Numbered from the whole stretch's first letter, positions 26,195 through 40,310 are shown. The stretch is 63,926 bases of DNA, filler included, from Octopus bimaculoides (GCF_001194135.2; 5 parts of 5 records of this genome joined end to end with filler, not necessarily neighbours in it); one strand, 5' to 3'. A program made the numbers and translations. Notes: a model not told the origin generated them from the sequence alone.

Positions 26195-26589
26195 TATCTA
26201 CACATGCACATATATGTATACTTATATACACAGCTCATCTACATGTGCATATATGAATACACACACATACACACATATCAATTTGTGCATCGAACTTAAC
26301 TTGAATGAGATGATTTAATGCTATAAACTGCAGTATATTTTCCTGAGAAATCTTCTCATATAGGTGATAAATGCAAAAAAGCACAAATTATAATGACAGA
26401 CAAATTTAATCAGCATCGTTTAAGACTACTATATCATGTGACTTCGACATATGCTTATATCTTCAGCAGTAGGTACCTAAACACTGAGTGCTAGACCAAA
26501 ATTTAATGAAATCTGTCTGGCTGAGTAAAAAGTAAGTAATGTTTTGAAACATGAAATTCATTACAATATATTTCAACAATACGGAAATT

Positions 26590-27601
26590 TTATTCATCAA
26601 AATAAGTTCCATTATAATCAACACATTTTTGCCAATGAGTTACAAGTTTGTTTATTCTGGTAACATAAAAATCTGGAGTTTTGGAGCTGATGAACTCTTT
26701 GAACACACTTTCAGCATCAGTTTGAGTTTTGAACTCCTTCTCTTGCAGGAGACCATGAAGGTGCTTGAAAAAGTGGTAGTCAGTAGGAGAAAGGTCTGGG
26801 GAATAATCTGGGTGGGGAAGAACTTCGTAGTGAAGTTCACTCAACTTCTGGAGCATCATTAGAGAAACATGTGGTTGAGCATTGTCATGAAGAATGATCG
26901 GCCCTCTTCTGTTGACCAGTCTGGGATGGAGGAGTAGCAGCTTTTCATTCATTTTGACAATTTTATGGCAGTTTGTTTCTGCAGTAATGGTTTTTCTGGC
27001 TTATAGTGGATGAGTTCAGCACTACACCACCAAATAATCAATATAACCTTCTTTTTGAGAATCTCGGTTTTGGGTAAGGTTTTCAGTGCTTCATTTTGGT
27101 CAACCACTGCAAAGAACGTTTTTTTATTATTGTACAGAATCCACTTTTCATTGCAAATTAAATACGGTCGAGAAATGGATTGGTCTGGTTATGGAGAAGA
27201 AGCAATGAGCAAATTTCATATCTGTACATTTTTTGATTTTCGTTCAAATCATGTGGTATGCATTTGTCAAGCTATTTTAACTTTCTAATCACGTGCAAAT
27301 GATGGGAGGCAGTTTTCTGACTAACTCGAAGTTATTTTTGCTAATTCTCGAGTGGTTTTATGTGGATCTTTCTCAGTGATGGTCTTTAATTGACTGACAT
27401 CGATGACAGATGGGCATCCACTATGCTCACAAACTTCAAGGTTCAGATCTCCACTGTGAAATTGTTTAAACCATTTTTGAACTGACATACTACTGGTCAT
27501 TTCCTCACCAAATTGATATCGCTAGCAGTTTCAGCTGCTTCGCTTCCTTTTTTGAAGTTGAATAACAAAATTGCTCGACTATCGTGCTTTGACAGTTCCA
27601 T
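26590..27601 (-). pseudogene. Mariner DD34D transposase pseudogene
   Basis: Starts MELSKHDSRAILLFNFKKG and includes CNEKWILYNN, ILHDNAQPHV, YSPDLSPTDYHFFKHL and WQKCVDYNGTYFD, with several stops and frameshifts. Confidence 0.88.
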
Positions 27602-27661
27602 TTGAGATGATTGTAACATCGGTGATAAAAATATCAATGTTAATTTATCGATGCAAGTCTA

Positions 27662-28889
27662 CAGGGCTTGGACAAAATAATCAAAACACCTTAAAATTTC
27701 AAACAAATTTATTTTAATATGAGGTAGGACTACCTTTGGCAGTAATTACACCTTGAATTCTATGAGGTATAGACTCATACAATGTTTGAATTGTTTCCAA
27801 AGGAAATTTTGTCCATTCTTCAGCTAAAACAGTCTCCAGTTCTTATAGTGATGATAGTGGAGGATATCAACTCCTTACTTGTTTTTCTAAAATGCACCAT
27901 AAATGTTCAATATTATTGAGAACTTGGAGACTGTGGTGGCCAGATAAGATGTTCAACTTCACTAAATTGTTCCTCATGCCATTCAGTAACAACTTTAGCT
28001 GTGTGAATTGGTGCATTATCATCTTGAAAGACTGCATTTCCCTCCGGAAACAGTTCCACAACCATAGAATGAATTTGATCAGATAAAATGCTTAAATAGA
28101 CTTGACTATTAATTCTGCTATAAAGGGAAACCATTGGGCTGGCGGATTTCCAAGATACAGCTCCCACAGATCCTCCTCCAACTTTAACAGTTGGAAGAAG
28201 GCAGTCTGGGTCAAGTGCTTCTTTTGGCTGTCTCCACACGTATACTCGGTCAGTGTTTGGAAATAAAGTAAAGGATGACTCGTCTGAGAAAAGAACATTC
28301 TTCCACTGCTCTAGGGACCGATTCTGTAGGTTTTTACTCCCCTCTAAACATTTTGCAATGTTTGTTTCTGAACGTAGTGGCTTTCTGATTGCAGCCCTCC
28401 CATGAAATCCAGATTTGTGCAGCTCCCAGCAAACAGTTTCTGTGGAAACTGGGTTGGTTTACAAGGTGGTCATTATGCTCTGCAGTAATTTTGGGAGCTG
28501 TACTTTTGTGATCCTTTCTAACAATTCGCATAAGAGTCTGACGATCCCTGTCTGAAAGTTTTGGTTTTCTTCTGGAGTTTTGTTTCGACGAGGAGTACTC
28601 CTTGGTACACCAAACATTTTGGCTGTTTTAGTTATGCTAGCGCCCGCCATATGAGCACCAACAATTTGACCTCTTTGAAAGTTGGATAAATCTGTCATTT
28701 TAATGAATTTTAATTACCTCTTTCTGACGATATATGAAAAGAAACATAAATCTTAGCAAAACATATTAAGCAACACTAATAATATATTAAAAAAAGCATA
28801 AAATTAAACAAGCTTTTACAAGTTTTATAGAAGTTTCAAAATTACGATGCTATGATGCTAAGTGTTTCCATTATTTTGTCCAACCCCTG
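27662..28889 (-). mobile_element. Full-length decayed Tc1-like transposon with TIRs and TA target duplication
   Basis: TA|CAGGGCTTGGACAAAATAAT ... ATTATTTTGTCCAACCCCTG|TA. Frameshifted transposase reads MTDLSNFQRGQIVG...; PTVKVGGGSV; FQDDNAPIHTAK; WPPQSP. Confidence 0.92.
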
Positions 28890-29999
28890 TATGTCAATTA
28901 TTAGACAAATGTAAAAAAATGTTTAAAAAAAAATGAAAACTCTGCAAAAATCCAGTACAAATTCTTCATGGTTCAAAATGTTGCTTATATTTTACTCAAC
29001 CTGTTATATATGTTTACNNNNNNNNNNNNNNNNNNNNNNNNNNNNNNNNNNNNNNNNNNNNNNNNNNNNNNNNNNNNNNNNNNNNNNNNNNNNNNNNNNN
29101 NNNNNNNNNNNNNNNNNNNNNNNNNNNNNNNNNNNNNNNNNNNNNNNNNNNNNNNNNNNNNNNNNNNNNNNNNNNNNNNNNNNNNNNNNNNNNNNNNNNN
29201 NNNNNNNNNNNNNNNNNNNNNNNNNNNNNNNNNNNNNNNNNNNNNNNNNNNNNNNNNNNNNNNNNNNNNNNNNNNNNNNNNNNNNNNNNNNNNNNNNNNN
29301 NNNNNNNNNNNNNNNNNNNNNNNNNNNNNNNNNNNNNNNNNNNNNNNNNNNNNNNNNNNNNNNNNNNNNNNNNNNNNNNNNNNNNNNNNNNNNNNNNNNN
29401 NNNNNNNNNNNNNNNNNNNNNNNNNNNNNNNNNNNNNNNNNNNNNNNNNNNNNNNNNNNNNNNNNNNNNNNNNNNNNNNNNNNNNNNNNNNNNNNNNNNN
29501 NNNNNNNNNNNNNNNNNNNNNNNNNNNNNNNNNNNNNNNNNNNNNNNNNNNNNNNNNNNNNNNNNNNNNNNNNNNNNNNNNNNNNNNNNNNNNNNNNNNN
29601 NNNNNNNNNNNNNNNNNNNNNNNNNNNNNNNNNNNNNNNNNNNNNNNNNNNNNNNNNNNNNNNNNNNNNNNNNNNNNNNNNNNNNNNNNNNNNNNNNNNN
29701 NNNNNNNNNNNNNNNNNNNNNNNNNNNNNNNNNNNNNNNNNNNNNNNNNNNNNNNNNNNNNNNNNNNNNNNNNNNNNNNNNNNNNNNNNNNNNNNNNNNN
29801 NNNNNNNNNNNNNNNNNNNNNNNNNNNNNNNNNNNNNNNNNNNNNNNNNNNNNNNNNNNNNNNNNNNNNNNNNNNNNNNNNNNNNNNNNNNNNNNNNNNN
29901 NNNNNNNNNNNNNNNNNNNNNNNNNNNNNNNNNNNNNNNNNNNNNNNNNNNNNNNNNNNNNNNNNNNNNNNNNNNNGGAGAATTCACAAAAACACAAAA

Positions 30000-30190
30000 G
30001 ACAAAGACAAGTGGTGTAGACAACAAACAGATGTATTAGTTTGATGCTCAGGAAGGGAAAAAGTGTTTAACGTTTTGAGCCTATACTCTTCCACAGAAAG
30101 AAACAAAGAGAGAAAGGAAAGAATGTGTAGTGGCTAGCGATCTATCATGGCGAATGCCGGACAGAGGGGTCACACATGAGAGCTAGGAAG
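30000..30190 (-). repeat. PLE pseudo-LTR-like repeat with a degenerate hammerhead-like motif (30066-30099); same family as 50085-50255
   Basis: The minus strand reads CUGUGGA-A-GAGU-AUAG-GCUC-AAAA-CGUU, and the flanks match 50085-50255. Confidence 0.55.
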
Positions 30191-30684
30191 AAGGAGAGAT
30201 AATAAAGTAGTGATATAAAAATTGATGAAAGTTGGTCAAATAATCCTTATGACATATAAAAGTGAAAATTTTATCATCAATTTTCACTTAGAAAAGAATA
30301 CATTTTCATCAATATTTTTATGTCATATGAAAGAAAAATTACTTGCCGATTAGATATGATCATTGCAGTATAGTGAAAAAGTGCAAAGTCAATAAAGAGA
30401 GTCGTACACTGACACTACTAGTCAAAGTGACATATTCCTCTGAAAATATTTTCAAAGATCATTTCATGCCCAAAACGTTTCTCTTATATTTTTAAGTGCA
30501 TTGTACAAAAAACAAAAGAAAAAAAATTGGCCAAAGTCAGTCCAGATTGGAGGGAAGGAGTTGGAAAAAAATCATAGATTTTCAAGAATTTGTTTTTTAT
30601 AACATACCTTGCCGTCATTTCCAAGGCAGTGGTAAAAAGAAAATTGGAAAAATGCCATCAAAATTCAGCTTAAATGGACATCCT

Positions 30685-32116
30685 GACCCAAAACTCTGCT
30701 GCTTATAGCCATTTTTAATAGTCCATTAAAATTTTATTGAAATGGTGTCATGACCCAAAATCTCAGGATTTATTTAGCTTGTATCTGTTATGAATATGCC
30801 AAAGCTCAAGTCCTTGTGAGCTGTACTTTTGAATTTAGCTTAGTCTGAAAACACTGTGAAATTGACTGTTTGTTACATGTAACAAAATAGGTTTTACATT
30901 AATTTTTTAAAAATGTTCCCAAAACAAAGTTTTGTTTTCAAAAACCTGAAGAAAAAAAAGAAAAAGAAAGGCAACTATTTGTGTAATTCAAAGATTGTTA
31001 TCACTTTAGTTTCAGAGATATATTACAAAATGGTCAATTATTCATTTAGGCTAATTAGGCAAGATTTTAACAAATTCACTGGCCACCCAAGTTGTCATAT
31101 CTCCTAAAATATTCATTCAAATTCCACAAATGAGGTATCAAAATGTTTGTTTTTGGATGCTCTCCAAGAAAAAGTACAGTAGAAGTTACATTTAAATATT
31201 TAAAAAAAATTCATAGTGGTCCCTATAGAAAATCTATAGAGATAAACTTAAAATATTTTACTTGGATGTTCTGAGGTATTTGAGAGAGAGAGAGTGTGTA
31301 ATGGAAGATGCTTAAAATATGAACAAACAAAACATTGATGTTGCATTTTGTACTTTCTTTGCATTTTTCTGATTTACTGTGTCTAGTATTTTATTATTTA
31401 TTCTCNNNNNNNNNNNNNNNNNNNNNNNNNNNNNNNNNNNNNNNNNNNNNNNNNNNNNNNNNNNNNNNNNNNNNNNNNNNNNNNNNNNNNNNNNNNNNNN
31501 NNNNNCACTCTCTCTCTCTCAAATACCTCAGAACATCCAAGTAAAATATTTTAAGTTTATCTCTATAGATTTTCTATAGGGACCACTATGAATTTTTTTT
31601 AAATATTTAAATGTAACTTCTACTGTACTTTTTCTTGGAGAGCATCCAAAAACAAACATTTTGATACCTCATTTGTGGAATTTGAATGAATATTTTAGGA
31701 GATATGACAACTTGGGTGGCCAGTGAATTTGTTAAAATCTTGCCTAATTAGCCTAAATGAATAATTGACCATTTTGTAATATATCTTTGAAACTGAGGTG
31801 ATAACAATCTTTGAATTACACAAATAGTTGCTTTCTTTTTCTTTTTTTTTTTCAGGTTTTTGAAAACAAAACTTTGTTTTGGGAACAATTTTTAAAATAT
31901 TAATGTAAAACCTATTTTGTTACATGTAACAAACAATCAATTTCACAGTGTTTTCAGAATTAGCTAAATTCAAAAGTACAACTCACAAGGACTTGAGATT
32001 TGGCATATTCATAATAGATACAAGCTAAATAAATCCTGAGATTTTGGGTCATGACACCATTTCAAAAAAATTTTAATGGACTATTAAAAATGGCTATAAG
32101 CAGTAGAGTTTTGGAT
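30685..32116. repeat. Long inverted repeat (foldback): arms ~30685-31296 and 31506-32116
   Basis: The second arm is the reverse complement of the first over ~610 bp with scattered substitutions and indels. The spacer contains a gap. Confidence 0.9.
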
Positions 32117-32227
32117 CACTAAAGAAGAAAAGTTCGCTATCAAAAGACTACAGAGTAACAATTCCANNNNNNNNNNNNNNNNNNNNNNNNNNNNNNNNNN
32201 NNNNNNNNNNNAAAAAACATTAATTAA

Positions 32228-33632
32228 ATCAAAGAGAGGATGTCTTTGTTACTTAGGAAAATAACCAGAGATGGTGATAGAAAGAGAATCCAACAAGATC
32301 TGGAAAAGTTGTACATTAAAGAATTTGAAATGGTGAAGACACGCCAGATTAAGAAATTTATGAAACTCAAAGGTCAGAGATAGCCCCTATTGAAGAGATA
32401 GCCATAAAGATACCAAAAGTTCAGGGAGATGAACTAAGGTGGAAAGTGAACAGGTGCAAGAAAAAGCAAAACTTACTGAATCAAATATCACTAAAGAAGA
32501 AAAGTTCGCTATCAAAAGACTACAGAGTAACAATTCCATCATAATACTTCCAGCAGACAAGGGAAATGCTACAATGGTGATGAATAAGTCTGACTACTCT
32601 GAAAAATCGGCAAGTCTTATAAGTGATGGCAGCTACAGCAAAGAAAAGAAAGACCCAACTCTGAAAACATAGAGGAAGTTGTCACAGATCTTGATCAAGA
32701 ACAAGGATCACTTTACACCATTGAAGTACAGACAACTGACTCAACACTACAGTAGACTACCACACATGTACGGTCTCCCTAAGATTCACAAGGATGGTAT
32801 TCCGTTAAGACCTATAGTAAGCTGTAGAGGTTCAGCATGTCATCCACTGAGCCGCTTCCCTGTGGATATAATCAGTGCATTAGCAAGAAAGTCATCATCA
32901 TACATGAAGAATTCCACCCACTTCACAGAATTGATCAAAGTTACCCCCATTGAATCCAACCAGATGGTGAGTCTAGATGTGATAAGTCCGTTCACCAAAG
33001 TCTCAACTGGTGAAGCACTATCGGTGATACAAGAAAAACTAGTGACAGACACCCATCTAAAGAACACACTAGTACACCAATAAGAAACTTGATGGAAATG
33101 TTGACCTTCTGTGTAGAAACTACCTACTTCAGTATATATATCGACAAGAGGAGGGTTTAGCTATGGGTTCACCATTATCACCGGTAATAGCCAATATATA
33201 CATGGAATACTTTGAGAATTTGGCTTTAGGATCAACACTACTAAAACCAACACTATGGCTACAATATGTTGATGATACCTTTATACTCTGGCCCCATCAG
33301 GAAGATGTCAAAGTGCTGTTAGATCATGTGAACTCAATAAAGCCGTCCATACAGTTCACAATGGAAAAGGAAAAAGACAATCAGCTGGCATTCCTGGATG
33401 TATTAATAACACGCACCAAGTATGGATTCAGGACATCCATATACCGTAAGCTGAAATTTACTGGACGATACCTCAATTTCAATTCCCACCATCCATATAG
33501 TGTAAAGAGAGGGATTGCTCAGTGCCTAAAACATCAAGCAAAGAATATAAGTAGTGATTGTGATACACACCAAGAAGAAATGATCAAGCTCAATAACAAT
33601 CTGTCAAGCAACAACTACCCCAAACGTATACT
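32228..33632 (+). mobile_element. Penelope-like element, canonical RT (Penelope/Poseidon-like), decayed and cut by a scaffold join
   Basis: Motifs PADKG, YGLPKIHK..PLRPIVS, SLDV, MGSPLSPVIANIYME, YVDD, FLDV, YRK, and YLNFNSHHP. Confidence 0.92.
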
Positions 33633-34047
33633 NNNNNNNNNNNNNNNNNNNNNNNNNNNNNNNNNNNNNNNNNNNNTTAATTAATTAANNNNNNNNNNNN
33701 NNNNNNNNNNNNNNNNNNNNNNNNNNNNNNNNTGCCTATGGATGTCTAGGTATATGTGCGTGCGTGTGTAGACTTTTGTCCTACTACACTGATACTTTAG
33801 CTATTAGCCCGTTTATGATAACGTTCGGTTTTCTAAATACCGCACAAACCCTAACACTCATCTGTACAACCACCCCTATTCGAATAACCAAGACTGAAAT
33901 CTATTTTCCATGGAAGAAAATTCTTCAAGTTTTAGAATCGCTTTCCTTCCCCTCTCTTCACACACACACCTACATACAGACGCATAGGGAGAGAAACACA
34001 TACATAAATGTAATAATGAGAGAATTTTAAAAAGAAGGCTATTCATG

Positions 34048-34138
<91 letters not shown>

Positions 34139-34329
34139 GCTCTCTCTCTCACTCTCCCTCTTTCTCTGTCAACAACCATGAAATACCCAAGACAGGCAAA
34201 ACCATACCATGAAATCCCTTCAAAAGACTGATCTTAATTTACCATGAAATTTGGTATCACCCACCCCTATCTCGAGACCTCCCTCATTTGCTCATCCCTT
34301 CTACGGGTACATGCACTGCAGTCCCTTTG

Positions 34330-34820
34330 ACTTCATCCACCACTACCACCACCATCACCACCACCACCGCCGCCACCACCGCCACCACCACCACCAACAA
34401 CAACAACAAAAACAACAACAACTAGGGCAACAATAACAGCAAGGACAACTGTAACAACAGCCAACACCACCTGCCCAACCAAGACCACCACTACCGACAA
34501 CTCTACCACTGTCAACACCACCCGTGGAACTACCATCATCATCATCATCATCATCATCACCATAACCAACGTTACAACCGTCACTACTACCACCATAACA
34601 CAAACAACAACAAACAAAAAAATGCCACCTGCACTGCCATGACCACCACTGCCTACAATACCATCAACGCCACCATTACTCATATATACGTTATCAGCGC
34701 CCCCGCTACATCCCACTATCACTACCGCTACCACCACCAAAACGCCACCACCATTATAATTGCTACTACCAAATCTAACTCCGCTATAGACTTCAACACC
34801 AACAACAACAATTCCACCAT
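34330..34820. repeat. (CAC/CAA/CAT)n low-complexity triplet region
   Basis: Seen directly; it is the source of spurious poly-His/Thr/Val ORFs. Confidence 0.85.
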
Positions 34821-35059
34821 TTTCATCGACATAAAACAGAGTTGCTACATGGCCTCTCGGCATGCTAGACATGGCAGCCAATACATATTGAAATTACACC
34901 CTCACCGAAAGAAGGAATGATTTAAAATGGTAGGCTTAAATACCTTTTACAAGAGAGGATGGCCCCCTGAAGGGAATGTATTAAATCATAGAACTGCAGC
35001 AAGCAATTCAAGATTAAAACGGATCTATATATATCCACCTCCTTCTCCTCCTCCTCCTG

Positions 35060-35094
<35 letters not shown>

Positions 35095-35268
35095 GTATAT
35101 ATATATTCATCAAAGATATAGAAAAAAGTTCGAAGGGAAGTCAGAGAAAGAAAATCGCCAACGATACACGTGCGTTGCCACCGCGTGGTACCTTGGGGCA
35201 AATGTATGCCAGTGCCTCGGATCGACCAAAGACATGTTCGCGGATTTGGTAAACAGAAACCCCTGTAT

Positions 35269-35311
<43 letters not shown>

Positions 35312-35639
35312 TGTTATGTGAGTGTCTGTGTTTTCGACTAGTATTCCTACATACGCACCATGCCTACAAGTGCAAAACCGAGTAATAAGGCACTTCCCTC
35401 ATTCTCGAGAAACTGAGAACTAGAAGAATGAGCCGTCCTTAATAACACAAAAAAAAAAACAACAACAAAACAAATATAAACACTGCATGGATAAATACAC
35501 AGATTGACGCTTGAATGAATGGCTGCCTACCAAAGTTCTGCGACACTGATTCTGGATAAATAAGCATCTCTCTTCACGGCCCTCTAAAGTTTTCTCTTTG
35601 GTTCTTCCAAAATGCTAGCCATCACTTACATTTTACTGT

Positions 35640-35691
<52 letters not shown>

Positions 35692-36456
35692 TTAACTGCT
35701 GTTTATTATTCTTTTACACGGACAAACACTGAAGTAAATAGAAACGTGTTGTGCGTGCGCGTNNNNNNNNNNNNNNNNNNNNNNNNNNNNNNNNNNNNNN
35801 NNNNNNNNNNNNNNNNNNNNNNNNNNNNNNNNNNNNNNNNNNNNNNNNNNNNNNNNNNNNNNNNNNNNNNNNNNNNNNNNNNNNNNNNNNNNNNNNNNNN
35901 NNNNNNNNNNNNNNNNNNNNNNNNNNNNNNNNNNNNNNNNNNNNNNNNNNNNNNNNNNNNNNNNNNNNNNNNNNNNNNNNNNNNNNNNNNNNNNNNNNNN
36001 NNNNNNNNNNNNNNNNNNNNNNNNNNNNNNNNNNNNNNNNNNNNNNNNNNNNNNNNNNNNNNNNNNNNNNNNNNNNNNNNNNNNNNNNNNNNNNNNNNNN
36101 NNNNNNNNNNNNNNNNNNNNNNNNNNNNNNNNNNNNNNNNNNNNNNNNNNNNNNNNNNNNNNNNNNNNNNNNNNNNNNNNNNNNNNNNNNNNNNNNNNNN
36201 NNNNNNNNNNNNNNNNNNNNNNNNNNNNNNNNNNNNNNNNNNNNNNNNNNNNNNNNNNNNNNNNNNNNNNNNNNNNNNNNNNNNNNNNNNNNNNNNNNNN
36301 NNNNNNNNNNNNNNNNNNNNNNNNNNNNNNNNNNNNNNNNNNNNNNNNNNNNNNNNNNNNNNNNNNNNNNNNNNNNNNNNNNNNNNNNNNNNNNNNNNNN
36401 NNNNNNNNNNNNNNNNNNNNNNNNNNNNNNNNNNNNNNNNNNNNNNNNNNNNNNNN

Positions 36457-36527
<71 letters not shown>

Positions 36528-36819
36528 GCGCCAAATGTTATATCTTCACATCGTGAATGGCGTTACTCATTGTCACTTGCCGCGAAAGGCCACCATTTCG
36601 TCAATAATCTGATGAGGTTAAAAGATGCAGTTATCTGATGCTACACTCAATATAGAGAGAAAAATAACTTTCGGAAGCGGCCATTGATTGGCATGCAATC
36701 ACTTTTCTACACATACATGTATAACTACATGTGTGTATATTTATATACATACACAAGTATATCCCCATACATGTATATGCACATATATGAGTGTGTGTGT
36801 GCACGTATGTGTGTGTACA

Positions 36820-36895
<76 letters not shown>

Positions 36896-37173
36896 GGTGA
36901 GAAAGTTATATATATATGTATATATACGTATATAGATATAGATATGTGTATATATATATATATTTATACGTATGTATATATATACACACACATATGTATA
37001 TATATATATATATGCATTTTTATATATATATATATGTATGTATGTATTTATACACACACATTCATATATATCTTAATACTTGCATCTTTGTATGCGTGCG
37101 TTCGTGTACGTATGTGCGTGAATGTCTATGTATGTGTATCTGTGTGTCTGTGTTCTCTGTGCTCTTGTTTGCT

Positions 37174-37206
<33 letters not shown>

Positions 37207-37312
37207 TTATGTGTACTCCACCCCATTTATATATCATTTATATTTTTATAGCAAACGGATTATTATGTCTAAATGTGATGAAAACATTTCCTACATAGAT
37301 TTAATCTAAATT

Positions 37313-37363
<51 letters not shown>

Positions 37364-40070
37364 GCATCAGCAGCAGCAGCAGCAGTACTTAAAATTACTA
37401 CAAATATACTCCCTGCTCACTCTTTGAATCCAAAATGGCGTTTAACATTGGCGCTAATCCAATAATATTGTGTTCGTATTTCGGTGATCAACACCAGAAT
37501 ATGACTTAGTCAACCTCCCCTCTCTATGAAAGCTTAATGTTGTTAATTTCTTGGGTACTTCATCTGCTCAAAAACCCGTTTTCCGGAAAATTTTAGTACA
37601 CATACTACTGGTATTCGACTTATATATAATTGCACGTATGATATTTATAACGTGGGTAACATCATTGCAGCTATCTCAGACCCGACTGTGTTTCAAGATT
37701 GATGCTAGGTTTTGGGCTCATTTGGAACCCGTGGTCTCCGAAATCCTTTAATGTTGAAGCGTTCTGCATGTGAGATTTATATTGATGAAAGGTAAACTCA
37801 ACTTTTGCAAAATTTGAACTCCCGACGTAAAGACAGACGAAATACCCCTAAGCATTTAGCCTGGCGTGCTAACATTTCTGCCAGCTCATCACCTTTCATT
37901 TTTATCTATATTAAAAGCTCCAGGAAAGCCTATTTGATTAAAGATTATCAATTCGGATTAAACCAATTGAACTGTTGGGATTAAGACATTTTTGAAATCT
38001 TAAAATGAGCAAAACGGAAAACGTTTGGAGAAATCCCTTACTATTTGCACACACCCCCAACCCACACATGTACTTATATATATTTTGAGTGAGAAACCGA
38101 GCGAAGAAGTATGTACGTACATGTATAGATATGAATATATTTATTGGATATACATGTGTATATGTGTACGCATGAGTGTGTCTGTGTGCGAGTGTCCGTG
38201 TGTGTTTGTGTGTTACTGGGACATTATCGGTGATGGAGATTGTGAAACGTGTTGACTACCATTCATACCCCTCATCAACCTTTCTAGTATCTCTAATTTT
38301 GAAAGGGTTCCAGCGTTCGGAACCCTCTTCACCTCTTCAGTTAAAACTATCAACAGCCTATAAAACAGATCCCAAGATCTGACAACAAGGAGCTATCAAC
38401 ATGTAAATAGTACGTGTGTGTATATATATATCAGTAGAACAAGAAATTCGTCAGGGGATACGGTGGTATGAAATCCAGGTCGAGTGGTCATGGGTTCAAA
38501 TGCTTACATTTTCTATCCACATCGTATTCTAATCTCAGATAACCATCTTAAACGCAAAATAATCTAAAGTCATTTCTACATTGACTTCAGTAAGAATGTG
38601 TAACATGCTATACACACGCAGGGACACACAGACACACTCACACGCACAGAGACAGACACACATACGTGTTTGTATCTGTAGATACACACTCATAAATATA
38701 TATATATGTATATATATATGTATATATATATATATATATATAGATATATATATATATATATATGTTTCTATATCAATGGGAGTCTAAGTGCGTGCGTGTA
38801 TGAACGTGTGTGTATGTGTGCGTGTGAATGTGTGTATGTGTGTGAGTGTGTGAATGTGTGTGTGAGTGTATGTTTGTGCGTGTGTATAGTTCAAACGATG
38901 CTTGTAGAAAGACGTGTTGAGAACTTTCTGATCGACACAAGTTCACAGTTGTGTTAAATCGGTGTCCATTTCTCTCTACTCACATCAGATATCGCCTTCT
39001 CTCTAGCGAAGTTTATGAAGCACACCCCAACCCACCAACACACACACACACACACCCTAATCATACACATGTATACCAAACTCTACATGTATGTGTGTTC
39101 GTATACACACACACACACACACACATACACACACAGATATATATATGTATATTTATATACGTCTATATATGTATGTATACATAAACATAAACGTTTATAC
39201 ATGCATGTATATGCGTACGCACGCATAAACACCCCTGTATATATTACCTATATATCATATATATATATATANNNNNNNNNNNNNNNNNNNNNNNNNNNNN
39301 NNNNNNNNNNNNNNNNNNNNNNNNNNNNNNNNNNNNNNNNNNNNNNNNNNNNNNNNNNNNNNNNNNNNNNNNNNNNNNNNNNNNNNNNNNNNNNNNNNNN
39401 NNNNNNNNNNNNNNNNNNNNNNNNNNNNNNNNNNNNNNNNNNNNNNNNNNNNNNNNNNNNNNNNNNNNNNNNNNNNNNNNNNNNNNNNNNNNNNNNNNNN
39501 NNNNNNNNNNNNNNNNNNNNNNNNNNNNNNNNNNNNNNNNNNNNNNNNNNNNNNNNNNNNNNNNNNNNNNNNNNNNNNNNNNNNNNNNNNNNNNNNNNNN
39601 NNNNNNNNNNNNNNNNNNNNNNNNNNNNNNNNNNNNNNNNNNNNNNNNNNNNNNNNNNNNNNNNNNNNNNNNNNNNNNNNNNNNNNNNNNNNNNNNNNNN
39701 NNNNNNNNNNNNNNNNNNNNNNNNNNNNNNNNNNNNNNNNNNNNNNNNNNNNNNNNNNNNNNNNNNNNNNNNNNNNNNNNNNNNNNNNNNNNNNNNNNNN
39801 NNNNNNNNNNNNNNNNNNNNNNNNNNNNNNNNNNNNNNNNNNNNNNNNNNNNNNNNNNNNNNNNNNNNNNNNNNNNNNNNNNNNNNNNNNNNNNNNNNNN
39901 NNNNNNNNNNNNNNNNNNNNNNNNNNNNNNNNNNNNNNTTTTTGCTGTACGTTTTTATTGCTATAGTAGTTGTTATTCAGTTCCAGTTGAACCCAAATCA
40001 AAGATATCTAACATCACAGGCGTTCCTGCTGTGGCCATCGCTCCTCTTTTTGATTCATGTTGCCCTGTCT

Positions 40071-40310
40071 AGTGGAGGCGCAATGGCCCAGTGGTTAGGG
40101 CAGCGGACTCGCGGTTGGAGGATCGCGGTTTCAATTCCCAGACCAGGCCTTGTGTGTGTTTATTGAGTGAGAGCACCTAAAGCTCCACGAGGCTCTGCTA
40201 GGGGGTGGTGGCGACCCCTTTTGTACTCTTTCACCCCAACTTTCTCTCACTCTTTCTTCCTGTTTCTTGAGTAACGCTACGATGGACTGGCGCCCTATCC
40301 AGTTTGTGGG
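40071..40310 (+). mobile_element. tRNA-derived SINE
   Basis: Head TGGCCCAGTGGTTAGGGCAGCGGACTCGCGG...GGTTTCAATTCCC; same family as 99-456. Confidence 0.85.

Larger units (their letters stand above)
26516..29004 (-). mobile_element. Hsmar1-like (cecropia-type) mariner, interrupted by a Tc1 insertion
   Basis: Imperfect TIRs: ctggctgagtaaaaagtaagtaatgttttgaaacatgaa at 26517, and the reverse complement of ~28965-29004 (caggttgagtaaaatataagcaacattttgaaccatgaa). About 1.26 kb remains after removing the Tc1. Confidence 0.8.
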
